Sequence record: SRR20825019_48
DNA length: 45,073 nt
Direction: 5' to 3' (one strand)
Below are positions 1 to 10,374 of the stretch, piece by piece (within the stretch, counting starts at the first letter, position 1; every line of letters begins with the position of its first letter). The position numbers were made by a program, and so were the translations under genes. The notes under the pieces were generated by a model. It was not told where the DNA came from, did no database searches, and was given only the letters and a program-made list of their open reading frames with translations.

Positions 1-241
1 GACGTGGTAGGGTTCGATTCTCTTGCTTATCTAATCCTTGCGTGATTAAATTTTGAAGAAAAGATAACTATTAATTTGACTTGTACGACAGGAAATAATC
101 AAAATAATGTTGATTTCACAAAAGGATAACATATTAGAATATAAATAGATAACAAAACATTACAGTCATGTTCAGTTAAACATTCTGCAAGGAGAAATGA
201 TGTCGAAAATGATCCCTTTTTCTGGGAAGTAAGCCTTAAAA

Positions 242-1033
242 CTATTTAATTCCGCGGCGTTTTTTGATTTCTTCGTACGCTTCTTGGATCTTCTGGAACT
301 TTTCTTTTGCACCTTTTTGGTACTCCTCGCCCATTTGCGCAACCTTATCTGGGTGAAACTTAATAGCCATCTGGCGATATGCCTTTTTAACTTCATCATC
401 GGTGGCTGTTGATTCAATTCCAAGTACTTTGAAGTCTGAGTCAACATTTCTGTAGAACATATTCTTAACGCTCTCGAAATCGCTATTCTGCACACCCATT
501 AGCTGAGCTATTCGCTGAATAACATTAATCTCTTCCATTGAGACGTCACCATCTGCCTTGGCTATTCCAAACAAATAGTGTAACAATTGAACACGCACTT
601 CTGGCTGCATCCGCATGCGAATATCCTGACAAATTCGATCCAAAGGAATTGATCCCGAATCCAAAAACTGTTTTAATGTTTGAAGATGCTGCTGATTGAA
701 TTGAGGTCCAAATTGCTGCGCAAAAAATCCCTTTACGTAATTCAATTCTGCTTTCAACACCTTTCCGTCTGCCTTCATTACTGCTGCCGAAAGCGCAATA
801 AGCATCGTAGGAACATCGTTCGATGTTGTGCTAGAACGCTGCTGATAATATTTAAATAAGTCTTCTGGAGAAAAATTTTTCCCTCCATTTCCATTTGCTG
901 ATTGAGACCTGAATTGCGTCATTACACGCTGGTAATTGTCAATTCCTGTACCAATGAAAAACCCTAAAATGGCTCCCATGATACTTTTCCCAAAAAGAAA
1001 AAAGCCTGCAATCGGCAAAATAAATTTATACAC
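242..1033 (-). CDS. djlA: DjlA-like co-chaperone (N-terminal TM, TerB-like domain, C-terminal DnaJ domain)
   Basis: N-terminal hydrophobic segment, AVMKADG/IAKADG TerB-like motifs, C-terminal J-domain with HPD (KFHPDK); GTG start. Confidence 0.85.
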   Translation of the reverse strand: MYKFILPIAGFFLFGKSIMGAILGFFIGTGIDNYQRVMTQFRSQSANGNGGKNFSPEDLFKYYQQRSSTTSNDVPTMLIALSAAVMKADGKVLKAELNYVKGFFAQQFGPQFNQQHLQTLKQFLDSGSIPLDRICQDIRMRMQPEVRVQLLHYLFGIAKADGDVSMEEINVIQRIAQLMGVQNSDFESVKNMFYRNVDSDFKVLGIESTATDDEVKKAYRQMAIKFHPDKVAQMGEEYQKGAKEKFQKIQEAYEEIKKRRGIK

Positions 1034-1045
1034 TTGGTTTGTTTT

Positions 1046-1075
1046 AAAAAGTCGCCCGAAAGTGCTCGGGCGACT
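1046..1075 (-). terminator. Intrinsic terminator after htpG
   Basis: Perfect 10-bp stem AGTCGCCCGA/TCGGGCGACT followed by a T-run on the minus strand. Confidence 0.8.
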
Positions 1076-1093
1076 CTATATTATATCGTAAAA

Positions 1094-2983
1094 TTAAACA
1101 AGTTCTATACTTCTATCGATAAAAGCACTTAATGCTTCACCTTTCAGCATTCCTTGAGAAAGTAACGCGATGTCTGTCAACTGTTTTACCTTCTTTTCTT
1201 TTGTCTTAGATGTTTTCGCTTGAAGAATCTCACCAATTTTATCGTGATTTCCGTTGATCACAACATTATACGTCTCTGGGAAAGCGCCATAAAATCCGCC
1301 ACCGCCCATACGCTGTTGTTCCATTAATCGTCTAATAAATTCAGGTTGAGTGATAATGATTGGTGCATCATCCGAACTCATACTCTCAAACTGAACAACG
1401 AATTTTTGCTTGTCCAACACTTCTTCAAACATTGGTTTCAATGATTCTTCATCCTCTTTCGAAAGTTTCGAAGGAATTTCTTCCTCTTTTTGAATCAATT
1501 TATCCAACGTGTCCGAATCCAATCGAGAGAAAGTTACGTTCTCATACAATTGCTCCAATTTCCCAACCCAATGCGCAGTAAGAGGACCTTCTAGGTGTAC
1601 AACTTCGTATCCACGATCCTTCGCTTTTTTCACAAAGCTGAATTGCTCTTCAGGATTGTTCGTGTACAACACAACTACTTTATCATTCTTGTCCGTTTGA
1701 AGCGGCGCAATTTTCTCTTTTAGTTCGTCAATTGTGAAGAACTTACCTTCTGTGTTTTTTACAAATGCAAAACTCTTTGCTTTTTCACCGAATTTTTCAT
1801 CCGAAAGCATTCCATACTGAACGAAGAGGTTCAAATCATCCCATTTTGATTCGAAATCAGCACGGTCCTTTTTAAACATCTCAGCGAGTTTATCCACTAC
1901 TTTTTTAGTGATGTGAGAAGAAATTTTCTTCACGTTTGCATCACTTTGTAAGTACGAACGAGAAACGTTCAATGGAATATCTGGTGAATCAATTACTCCG
2001 TGCAACAACGTAAGGAATTCTGGAACGATTTCCTCCACATTATCCGTGATAAATACTTGATTCGAATAAAGGTTGATTTTGTTTCGTTGAACCTCTACAT
2101 TTTCCTTGATTCTTGGGAAGTATAAAATCCCCGTAAGGTTAAATGGATAATCAACATTCAAGTGAATGTGAAATAATGGACTTTCAAACGTAGATGGATA
2201 TAACTCGCGATAGAATTTATCGTAATCATCATTCGATAAGTCTACCGGTTGTTTTGTCCAAGCTGGAGAAGGATTATTTACTTGATTTTCTACCTCAACA
2301 GAAACTCTTTTTACTTTTCCGTTTTCGTCTTTTTCACCACTTGGATCATCAATATACTCTGTTTTCGTTCCAAAAACGACTGCATGTGGTAAGAATTTAC
2401 AGTACTTATCCAAAATTCCTTGAATTCTAGATTTCTCCAAAAATTCTACTGAATCTTCTGCGATGTAAAGTACGATTTCTGTACCACGATCCGCTTTATC
2501 AATATCTATAATCGTATATTCTGGTGATCCATTACTTTCCCATTGAATAGCTTGTGCGCCTTCATGGCGAGAAAGCGTGCGAATTTGAACCTTTTCTGCG
2601 ACCATAAACCCAGAATAAAATCCAAGTCCGAAATGACCAATAATTTGTTCAGCTCCTTCTTTTCCCTTGTATTGTTGTACGAATTCCTCAGCACCAGAAA
2701 AAGCAATTTGATTGATGTACTTCTCAATTTCTTCTGATGTCATTCCGATTCCTCGGTCGCGGATAGTGAGTGTTTTTTCTTCTTTATTTAATACTACCTC
2801 CACTTTGAGCTCACCTAGCTCACCTTTATATTCGCCATTAGAAGCTAAAAAACTCAATTTTTGAGTTGCGTCTACTGCGTTAGAAACCAATTCTCTCAAG
2901 AAAATCTCGTGATCCGAGTACAAGAATTTTTTAATTATCGGGAAAATGTTCTCCGTTTGTACATTAATCTGACCTGTCTTCAT
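1094..2983 (-). CDS. htpG: Molecular chaperone HtpG (Hsp90)
   Basis: LYSDHEIFLRELVSNAVDA, DRGIGMT, IGHFGLGFYS, PLNVSRSYLQ motifs; ATG at 2983 preferred to TTG at 2989. Confidence 0.97.
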   Translation of the reverse strand: MKTGQINVQTENIFPIIKKFLYSDHEIFLRELVSNAVDATQKLSFLASNGEYKGELGELKVEVVLNKEEKTLTIRDRGIGMTSEEIEKYINQIAFSGAEEFVQQYKGKEGAEQIIGHFGLGFYSGFMVAEKVQIRTLSRHEGAQAIQWESNGSPEYTIIDIDKADRGTEIVLYIAEDSVEFLEKSRIQGILDKYCKFLPHAVVFGTKTEYIDDPSGEKDENGKVKRVSVEVENQVNNPSPAWTKQPVDLSNDDYDKFYRELYPSTFESPLFHIHLNVDYPFNLTGILYFPRIKENVEVQRNKINLYSNQVFITDNVEEIVPEFLTLLHGVIDSPDIPLNVSRSYLQSDANVKKISSHITKKVVDKLAEMFKKDRADFESKWDDLNLFVQYGMLSDEKFGEKAKSFAFVKNTEGKFFTIDELKEKIAPLQTDKNDKVVVLYTNNPEEQFSFVKKAKDRGYEVVHLEGPLTAHWVGKLEQLYENVTFSRLDSDTLDKLIQKEEEIPSKLSKEDEESLKPMFEEVLDKQKFVVQFESMSSDDAPIIITQPEFIRRLMEQQRMGGGGFYGAFPETYNVVINGNHDKIGEILQAKTSKTKEKKVKQLTDIALLSQGMLKGEALSAFIDRSIELV

Positions 2984-3022
2984 GTTCAATTAAATATTAA
3001 AATTAAGTGATGACCTGTCTGT

Positions 3023-3083
3023 TCAATCACCATGCCATCGGATTGTTTCTGACAAAGTGTCTTAGATTCTGGACAACATGACA
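3023..3083 (-). promoter_or_regulatory. Putative sigma54-type promoter with upstream GACA/TGTC boxes for htpG
   Basis: Minus strand TGGCATGGTGATTGA (3037-3023) fits -24/-12 spacing of TGGCACG-N4-TTGC; GACA-AAG-TGTC palindrome at 3051-3061; further TGTCA at 3083-3079. Confidence 0.55.
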
Positions 3084-3120
3084 TTCTCGAATCAATATTC
3101 ATTACATTTACTGCCTCGAA

Positions 3121-4593
3121 ATGGGAATACTCGTCGGAATACTTTTATTACTTGCCATTACGCTCTATCTATATTTATCACGATGGAACGCATTGCTAGG
3201 TGTCCAAAAATGGATGCTTCCAGCCGCCTTTGTACTTAAATGTGCTGTCGGCACCTTTTTTCTGTACCTCTTTATTTACCAGAATCCAAGCAACGAAATA
3301 GACAATGACGCCCGAACTTTTCTCTTTGAGGGAGAGATTTTACATAACGTGTTTTATGAATCACCTGCGGATTACTTCAAATTTCTAACGGGATTTGGAG
3401 ATACAGATCCATTGGCTGATAAGTACATGGGTGAAGCAACTCACTGGACCGTTGGAGATCAGTCGATTATTAATGACAACAAGAATGTAATTCGTCTGCA
3501 TAGTTTGATTTACTTCTTTTCTTTTAATTCCCCATTTGTTCACCTTATTTTGTTTTCGCTCTTCGGACTGATCGGTCTGTCACTCATTTATCTCTTTTTG
3601 CAGCAGTTTTCAGGCATTAAAAAAGTGTTTCTTTTTTGGGCGATTATACTTTTACCCAGCGCTCTTTTCTGGTCGTCGAGTGTATTAAAAGAACCATTCT
3701 CGTTGCTCGGAATTGGCTTGTTCCTCTATTTGAGTTTTGTCAAGAATACCTATTCTCCGTTCCAACGAATACTTGGAATTGCACTCAGTATCATTGTTAT
3801 GCTGGCATTTAAACCGTACATTTTTGTATTTATCATTCCTTCAGTGCTCTTTTATTTGCTCTACATGAGGATTCCCTCGAGAAAACTGCTTTATTCTCTC
3901 CTTTCCTTTGCTCTAATAATTACGATCGGAGCGTTGATTTTCAATAAAAAGATCGACACTGCGGTTCATCATATCGCGCGAAAACAATTCGATTTCTCCA
4001 ATTTAGGTCGAAGTGGAACTTTTGCAAACAATGGCACTTCTTTTTATTTTTTCAAATACGAAGATTACGATGTTCTTAAATTCGAAGGAGACTCCGTTTC
4101 AGTCATTAAACCATGTACTGCGTGGATTGCGAAGTATGGAAGTTTAGACAAGCCAACGCCAATCGAACTTGAACCAACAGGAGAAAAATGGTTCGTCCAC
4201 TTTAAAAATGATCCCGCAACCAGTTTTATTGAAATTCCAGATGTTCGAACAAAAACGGACTTGTTAGTGGCATCACCTCAAGCGATTGTAAACGCTGTTC
4301 TTCGACCTTTCCCAACAGATCCTGGAAGTAATTTTAAATACCTGACTTTTTTGGTCAGTCTTTCGCTAGTTGTAATGCTTTTATGGGCTATTATCAGAAG
4401 ACCAACACTCAATAATCAGCAAAAAGGGCTCATTTTTTCAATCACACTATTCTCCCTTCTACTCGCACTTGCTATTGGCTGGGTAACTCCCGTTTTAGGC
4501 GCAATTGTTCGCTACCGGATGCCCATTGAACTTGGACTTTTAGTCATAACATGTATTCTATTCATTCCAAAAAAAGACACAAATCATGGATAA
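3121..4593 (+). CDS. Polytopic membrane protein, possibly GT-C-fold glycosyltransferase-like
   Basis: About 11-12 hydrophobic segments, acidic first loop (DNDARTF), WSSSVLKE motif, large soluble loop; function inferred. Confidence 0.6.
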   Translation: MGILVGILLLLAITLYLYLSRWNALLGVQKWMLPAAFVLKCAVGTFFLYLFIYQNPSNEIDNDARTFLFEGEILHNVFYESPADYFKFLTGFGDTDPLADKYMGEATHWTVGDQSIINDNKNVIRLHSLIYFFSFNSPFVHLILFSLFGLIGLSLIYLFLQQFSGIKKVFLFWAIILLPSALFWSSSVLKEPFSLLGIGLFLYLSFVKNTYSPFQRILGIALSIIVMLAFKPYIFVFIIPSVLFYLLYMRIPSRKLLYSLLSFALIITIGALIFNKKIDTAVHHIARKQFDFSNLGRSGTFANNGTSFYFFKYEDYDVLKFEGDSVSVIKPCTAWIAKYGSLDKPTPIELEPTGEKWFVHFKNDPATSFIEIPDVRTKTDLLVASPQAIVNAVLRPFPTDPGSNFKYLTFLVSLSLVVMLLWAIIRRPTLNNQQKGLIFSITLFSLLLALAIGWVTPVLGAIVRYRMPIELGLLVITCILFIPKKDTNHG

Positions 4594-5353
4594 CACTTTT
4601 GTACTTATCACAGGAGCAACTGCCGGTTTTGGTGAAGCTTGCGCGCACGAATTCGCCCAAAAAGGACATTCGTTAATCATTACCGGTAGAAGAAAAGAAC
4701 GCTTAGAAAAGCTTGAATCAACTCTAACAGAGCGCTATTCGATTAAGGTTATTCCGCTTTGTTTTGACGTTAGAAATGAAATTGAAGTGATCAAAGCGAT
4801 AGAATCTTTGAGTGAATTTGGTGTTTCATCGATTGGAATTTTAATCAACAATGCTGGACTAGCAGTTGGCAGAGGACCGATAGACGGCGGCTTGAGCGAC
4901 GATTGGGACAGAATGATAGACACGAACGTGAAAGGATTGCTTTACGTTTCAAGAGCCGTTATTCCATTATTGAAGAAAAATCAAGGACAGCGACATATTA
5001 TTAACATCGGAAGCATAGCCGGAAAAGAAGTTTATCCTGGAGGAAACGTTTACTGCGCTTCGAAACATGCTGTGGATGCGCTTTCAAGATCGATGCGAAT
5101 TGACTTACTTCCTTATCAGATCAAAGTAACGAACATCGCTCCAGGTGCTGCAGAAACAGAATTTTCGCTCGTTCGATTCAAAGGAGATCAAGCCACTGCC
5201 GATTCAGTATATGACGGGTTCGATCCTTTGACTGCAAAAGACATTGCAGAAACAGCGTATTTCGTTGCTTCTCGTCCAGCTCATGTAAATATCAATGATC
5301 TTGTAATTATGCCCGCAGCACAAGCAAGTGCGGTAATTATAGAGCGCAAATAA
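4586..5353 (+). CDS. SDR family oxidoreductase (YdfG-like)
   Basis: TGATAGFG, NNAGLA, YCASK, PAHVNI motifs. Confidence 0.92.
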   Translation: MDNTFVLITGATAGFGEACAHEFAQKGHSLIITGRRKERLEKLESTLTERYSIKVIPLCFDVRNEIEVIKAIESLSEFGVSSIGILINNAGLAVGRGPIDGGLSDDWDRMIDTNVKGLLYVSRAVIPLLKKNQGQRHIINIGSIAGKEVYPGGNVYCASKHAVDALSRSMRIDLLPYQIKVTNIAPGAAETEFSLVRFKGDQATADSVYDGFDPLTAKDIAETAYFVASRPAHVNINDLVIMPAAQASAVIIERK

Positions 5354-5378
5354 ATTACGAAGCAAAACGATTCAAGGA

Positions 5379-6002
5379 TTATTTTACCTTTTCCGCAATC
5401 GAACTTTTGTAAACATCCAATACTTCATTGATGGAACCATACGTTTTTCCGCGGATTCCAAACATACGTCTTTCGGACATCCATTTAACTCTCGTAATTC
5501 CTTCGTCCAATTGAGGAGATGTTGCCTTGCGACCTGTGTAGCTCATTTCGTACCACACCGTTTTCTTGATAGCGGGTTTTCCTTTCAATTTCATCGTGTG
5601 GTATGTTTCAACTAGCAAACACACAATTTCATGACCATTGATTCCGCACTCTTCCATCACTTCACGAATGGCCGCCGCTTCAATTGCTTCTCCTTTATCT
5701 ATTTTTCCTTTCGGGATATCCCAAAGACCATTTCGTTTAATCAGTAAAAACCTGTTTTTTCTTCGCACAAGTCCGCCCGCAGCGTCAATCCATTTATGCT
5801 TTCGGAAAATTCTTTGAAAGTCCGCATCAAGCTCGGTACATTCTACTTGCAACGGTAAATCAAGGGAAGTTTCCGCTAAAAAAGGTCTAATACCTTTTTT
5901 TACCGAAGTTACGTCCTCCGCCTTGATCACAGGGAATTCTTTGGACAATTCGTGTGTTTCTCCAAAGATTACTGGTTTATGATCAATAAATACTTTGTAC
6001 AT
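5379..6002 (-). CDS. NUDIX hydrolase
   Basis: Nudix box GKIDKGEAIEAAAIREVMEECG. Confidence 0.9.
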   Translation of the reverse strand: MYKVFIDHKPVIFGETHELSKEFPVIKAEDVTSVKKGIRPFLAETSLDLPLQVECTELDADFQRIFRKHKWIDAAGGLVRRKNRFLLIKRNGLWDIPKGKIDKGEAIEAAAIREVMEECGINGHEIVCLLVETYHTMKLKGKPAIKKTVWYEMSYTGRKATSPQLDEGITRVKWMSERRMFGIRGKTYGSINEVLDVYKSSIAEKVK

Positions 6003-6005
6003 TTG
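5998..6005 (+). promoter_or_regulatory. Bacteroidota -7 promoter element for pyrE
   Basis: TACATTTG matches TAnnTTTG, 5 nt before the pyrE ATG. Confidence 0.6.
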
Positions 6006-6010
6006 CGCCC

Positions 6011-6652
6011 ATGATTTTAAATGAAGACAAAGCCCTAAAAGTAGCAGAATTTTTGTTACAAATCAAAGCTGTGAAATTGAATCCTAATGCACCTTTCACT
6101 TGGGCATCTGGAATAAAATCCCCTATTTACTGCGATAATCGCGTAACTCTCTCGTATCCAAACATTAGAACTTTCATTCGTCAGGCGTATGCTTCTGCCG
6201 TATTGGATTTCTTTGGAAAACCAGATGTAATTGCTGGTGTTGCTACGGGTGGAATTGCTCAAGGAGCACTTGTTGCGCAAGAACTCGGAATTCCATTTAT
6301 TTATGTTCGAAGCGAAGCAAAAGGACATGGAATGGGAAATATGATTGAAGGTTATTTCGAAGCGGGACAAAAAGTCGTTGTTATCGAAGATTTGATTTCA
6401 ACTGGAGGAAGTAGTCTTAAAGCAGTGGATGCTCTTAGAGCTGCTGACGTTGATGTGCGCGGACTTGTTGCGACATTTACTTACGGTTTTGAGGAAGCTC
6501 ACCAACGTTTTATGACGGCTGAGTGTCCATACGTGACATTAACCGATTACGACATCTTATTGAGAAACGCATTAAGCACCAACCTCATTAACGACGAAGA
6601 GTTAAAATCACTTCTAGAATGGAAAGCTAATCCAAAAGAGTGGAAAAAATAA
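6011..6652 (+). CDS. pyrE: Orotate phosphoribosyltransferase
   Basis: FTWASGIKSPIYCDNR; PRPP-binding VVIEDLISTGGS. Confidence 0.96.
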   Translation: MILNEDKALKVAEFLLQIKAVKLNPNAPFTWASGIKSPIYCDNRVTLSYPNIRTFIRQAYASAVLDFFGKPDVIAGVATGGIAQGALVAQELGIPFIYVRSEAKGHGMGNMIEGYFEAGQKVVVIEDLISTGGSSLKAVDALRAADVDVRGLVATFTYGFEEAHQRFMTAECPYVTLTDYDILLRNALSTNLINDEELKSLLEWKANPKEWKK

Positions 6653-6656
6653 GCGT

Positions 6657-7055
6657 ATGAAAATTGACAGTTCGAAAGTATTAGTATCGGCGAAGCAAGC
6701 AGACGTATTTACCTTTTTAAAGGATGCGAATAACATCATTCACTTGTTGCCGCAAGATAAAATTTCTGATTTCAAGGCGACGACGGACGAATGTTCATTT
6801 AAAGTTCAAGGTGGAGTTATGATTTCTCTCATTCACGATGGTGAAGAAGGAATGGATAAGCTATTTATGAAATCTGGGGAGAAATCTCCGTTTCCGTTTA
6901 GATTAACAATCCACACTATCGAAGCGAATGATGCTACGGAAGGTTACATTCATTTTGATGGAGAAGTAAATATGTTTCTTAAAATGATGGTCGAAAAACC
7001 ACTTACCAGTTTATTCAACTACATGGCGGATAAATTGAAAGAACGTTTTGCTTAA
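6657..7055 (+). CDS. SRPBCC/START-like protein
   Basis: 132 aa, VFxFLxDxNN and LKMMVEKPL pattern; directly downstream of pyrE. Confidence 0.6.
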   Translation: MKIDSSKVLVSAKQADVFTFLKDANNIIHLLPQDKISDFKATTDECSFKVQGGVMISLIHDGEEGMDKLFMKSGEKSPFPFRLTIHTIEANDATEGYIHFDGEVNMFLKMMVEKPLTSLFNYMADKLKERFA

Positions 7056-7783
7056 AGGACAAACGAAATTTCCTTGAGCGAATAGTTGTGCTCTACTTCA
7101 TTTTCATGGATTACAATCAGCTCACCTCGATCTGTAGTACCTTTAATTGTTCCAGTAAACTTCCCGTTCGCATCTTCAAACAAGGAGCTAATTCCTTTTC
7201 TGTACAAGTCCTTCTCGTAAATCGTTTTTAATAATTCGAAATTAGCCGAAAACTGTCCGAAGATTTCATTCATCGAGTGAATCAATGAAAACATTTGCTC
7301 CGTAATGGAAGAAAAAGCTCCAGTTTCATTAAAAATACTTGTTGCCGTCAAGCCATCAAACCCCTTTTGGTTAACATTAATTCCGATTCCAACGATGGCG
7401 CTCTGAACTTGATCTCCTCGAAGTTGATTTTCGATGAGAACCCCTGCAATTTTTCGATTACCGACATAAATATCATTTGGCCATTTAATAACCGCTTCAA
7501 CATCCTCTTTTTCAAAAAAATGCACTAATCCGACAGCTACCAATTGTGTCAAAACAAACTGACGGTCAACTGACAGATTGACGTCACCCAAAAAAAAGCT
7601 AACAGTTAGGTTTTCAGCGGGATTAGAGTGCCATTTCGCGTTTCTTTGCCCTCGACCAGCGAATTGGTCGTCTGCCAAAATTACCGTCCCATTAACCAAT
7701 TCACCGCTTTTAAGCAAATTGGCAGCATAATTGTTCGTTGAGTCTACTGAAGTCAAATGAAGCACTTTTTGTCCGATCTGCAT
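7052..7783 (-). CDS. birA: Biotin--[acetyl-CoA-carboxylase] ligase (class I, no HTH)
   Basis: DSTN, QFAGRGQR, KWPND, KIAGVLIE motifs. Confidence 0.95.
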   Translation of the reverse strand: MQIGQKVLHLTSVDSTNNYAANLLKSGELVNGTVILADDQFAGRGQRNAKWHSNPAENLTVSFFLGDVNLSVDRQFVLTQLVAVGLVHFFEKEDVEAVIKWPNDIYVGNRKIAGVLIENQLRGDQVQSAIVGIGINVNQKGFDGLTATSIFNETGAFSSITEQMFSLIHSMNEIFGQFSANFELLKTIYEKDLYRKGISSLFEDANGKFTGTIKGTTDRGELIVIHENEVEHNYSLKEISFVL

Positions 7784-7840
7784 TGTTTATTTTTAACAGT
7801 TCTAGGCGATAAATGTAGGGTTTTATATGAAATAGATAGT

Positions 7841-7848
7841 TAGATTTG
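7841..7848 (+). promoter_or_regulatory. -7 promoter element for the rsfS-ftsH operon
   Basis: TAGATTTG, 19 nt upstream of the rsfS ATG. Confidence 0.55.
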
Positions 7849-7867
7849 TAAGGCATAAAAGTTCTGA

Positions 7868-8245
7868 ATGAGTAAAAAAAATAGTGACAGCGAATCCCAA
7901 ATCTTATGCGATACAATCGTAGAGGGAATGCAGGAAAACAAAGCGAAGGATATAGTCGTTTTGGATCTTAGAGAAATTAGCAGTGCAGTTTGTGATTTTT
8001 TCGTGATTTGTAGTGGGGATAGTTCCACACAAGTAGACGGTATTAGTTCAACAGTATTGAGACATATCCGAAAGGAGCTTTCGGAAAAACCTTGGAACAT
8101 TGAGGGTAAGAATAATAAAGAATGGGTACTCATCGATTATGTTAGTGTGGTAGCCCACGTCTTTTATCGGGAGACCAGAGATTTCTATGACATAGAAGAC
8201 CTCTGGGCGGACGCAAAAAGAACAAACATTCCCAATTTGAATTAA
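7868..8245 (+). CDS. rsfS: Ribosome silencing factor
   Basis: KAKDIVVLDL, DFFVICSG, WVLIDY, FYDIEDLW. Confidence 0.95.
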   Translation: MSKKNSDSESQILCDTIVEGMQENKAKDIVVLDLREISSAVCDFFVICSGDSSTQVDGISSTVLRHIRKELSEKPWNIEGKNNKEWVLIDYVSVVAHVFYRETRDFYDIEDLWADAKRTNIPNLN

Positions 8246-8250
8246 AAAAA

Positions 8251-10374
8251 ATGACAGAAAACAACGAGAATAATAAAGGTGGTAATAAGGGTAAAAAGAA
8301 AAGTCCATTTTCTGTTTACTGGATTTATGCCATTATCGGAATTGGATTAATTGGAATCAATATATTTTATTCTTCTTCATCCTCATTAGAGTTAAGTCAA
8401 ACCAATACGTTCTATGCACTTGCAGAGGAAGGTCGAGTGGATGACGTAAAACTTGTCACGAACATGCGTCGTGTCGATTTCATGCTTACTGATGAAGGAA
8501 AAGAGTTTGTTCAATCAGCGAGTGGAGTCGATTTTCAGAAAATGAAAAAATCGCTCAAGGATACGGGCAAGTTCAAAAAGGGAAATGTTGTTTTTAGCGT
8601 GAAGCTAGGAGGAACAGATTATTTCCAAACAAGAATGGATGAAATCAACAGTCAGAGAGAACTTGAAAAGAAATCTCGGATTGACTATGAAATTACGGAA
8701 GAAGTAAACTATTTCGGAGGTATTTTGAATTTCCTTTTACCAATCATTATTCTGATCGCCATTTGGATGATCGTTATGCGAAGAATGACTGGTGGATCTG
8801 GAGGAGGTTCGGCTGGACAAATTTTCAACATTGGAAAATCGAAAGCGAAAGTTTACGAAAACGGAAAATCAACAAACATTACATTCCAAGATGTTGCTGG
8901 ATTAGAAGGAGCGAAGGAAGAAATTGAAGAGATTGTTGAGTTCTTGAAACATCCAAAGAAATACACTGAACTTGGGGCGAAAATTCCAAAAGGGGCACTA
9001 CTTGTAGGACCTCCAGGAACAGGAAAAACACTTCTTGCAAAAGCAGTTGCTGGTGAAGCAAAAGTTCCATTCTTCTCACTTTCAGGTTCGGATTTCGTAG
9101 AAATGTTCGTTGGAGTTGGAGCTTCTCGTGTAAGAGATTTGTTCAAGCAAGCCAAAGAGAAAGCACCTTCAATCATCTTTATTGATGAGATCGATGCCAT
9201 AGGTAGAGCGAGAGGAAAGAATAACAGCTTCGGTTCAAACGATGAACGTGAGAACACATTGAATCAACTGTTAACTGAGATGGATGGTTTTGGAACCAAC
9301 TCTGGAGTAATCATTCTTGCGGCAACAAACCGTGCAGATGTATTAGACAGCGCTTTGATGCGTGCTGGACGTTTCGACCGTCAGATTTATGTTGACATGC
9401 CAGATTTGAATGAACGAAAAGAAATTTTCCAAGTTCACTTGAAACCTTTGAAACTTGATTCCAATATGGACATCGATTTCCTTGCGAAACAAACACCTGG
9501 GTTCTCTGGAGCTGATATTGCCAACCTTTGTAATGAAGCGGCACTTATCGCAGCAAGAAAGAACAAGAAAATGGTCGAAAAACAAGATTTCCTGGATGCT
9601 GTTGACAGAATCGTTGGTGGACTTGAAAAGAAAAATAAAATCATCACAGTAGAAGAAAAAAGAGCCATTGCTTTTCACGAAGCAGGACACGCTACCATTT
9701 CTTGGTTACTGGAGCATGCGCATCCATTGGTAAAAGTAACGATCGTTCCTCGTGGGCAATCACTAGGAGCAGCTTGGTATCTTCCTGAAGAAAGAAGTAT
9801 TACAACTACGGAGCAAATCTTAGATGATATGTGTAGCGCCCTTGGTGGACGAGCAGCGGAAAGATTAATCTTCGGAAAAATCAGTACTGGTGCCTTGAGT
9901 GATCTTGAAAAAGTGACAAAACAGGCATACGCAATGGTTTCTATGTATGGATTGAATAATAAAGTAGGTAACATCTCATATTACGACCCTCAAGGAAACA
10001 ATGGATTTACGAAGCCTTATTCAGATCACATGGCGCAAGTCATTGATGAAGAAGTAAGTAAAATGATTGAGGAGCAATACGCTCGTGCAATTCAATTGTT
10101 GTCGGAGAATAAAGACAAACTGACACTCCTTGCTGAAAAACTCCTTGAAGTTGAAGTTATATTTAAAGAAGATTTAGTTGCTATATTTGGTAAGCGCCTT
10201 TGGGGAACCGATGATGAACCATTGTTAGCAGTTGATGTTGAAGAAGTAATTGAAACTTCAACGACTGCCCCAAAGTCTGAAGAGGATAACAGCGAAAATA
10301 CAAGTGATGAAACTGATTCAAAAACTTCGGGGGAAGCTGACGACACTGAGAGTGAAACTAGTGAAAGAACCTGA
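8251..10374 (+). CDS. ftsH: ATP-dependent zinc metalloprotease FtsH
   Basis: Two TM segments, Walker A GPPGTGKT, Walker B FIDEID, HEAGH zinc motif. Confidence 0.97.
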   Translation: MTENNENNKGGNKGKKKSPFSVYWIYAIIGIGLIGINIFYSSSSSLELSQTNTFYALAEEGRVDDVKLVTNMRRVDFMLTDEGKEFVQSASGVDFQKMKKSLKDTGKFKKGNVVFSVKLGGTDYFQTRMDEINSQRELEKKSRIDYEITEEVNYFGGILNFLLPIIILIAIWMIVMRRMTGGSGGGSAGQIFNIGKSKAKVYENGKSTNITFQDVAGLEGAKEEIEEIVEFLKHPKKYTELGAKIPKGALLVGPPGTGKTLLAKAVAGEAKVPFFSLSGSDFVEMFVGVGASRVRDLFKQAKEKAPSIIFIDEIDAIGRARGKNNSFGSNDERENTLNQLLTEMDGFGTNSGVIILAATNRADVLDSALMRAGRFDRQIYVDMPDLNERKEIFQVHLKPLKLDSNMDIDFLAKQTPGFSGADIANLCNEAALIAARKNKKMVEKQDFLDAVDRIVGGLEKKNKIITVEEKRAIAFHEAGHATISWLLEHAHPLVKVTIVPRGQSLGAAWYLPEERSITTTEQILDDMCSALGGRAAERLIFGKISTGALSDLEKVTKQAYAMVSMYGLNNKVGNISYYDPQGNNGFTKPYSDHMAQVIDEEVSKMIEEQYARAIQLLSENKDKLTLLAEKLLEVEVIFKEDLVAIFGKRLWGTDDEPLLAVDVEEVIETSTTAPKSEEDNSENTSDETDSKTSGEADDTESETSERT

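Noticed and set aside
8-35. GGTTCGATTC resembling a tRNA T-loop
   Set aside because: The T-stem is imperfect, there is no CCA end, and it is truncated by the window edge; a tRNA cannot be supported.
10250-10360. Long overlap of the DUF2007-like ORF with ftsH
   Set aside because: GTG at 10361 gives a typical-size protein with only a 14-nt overlap.
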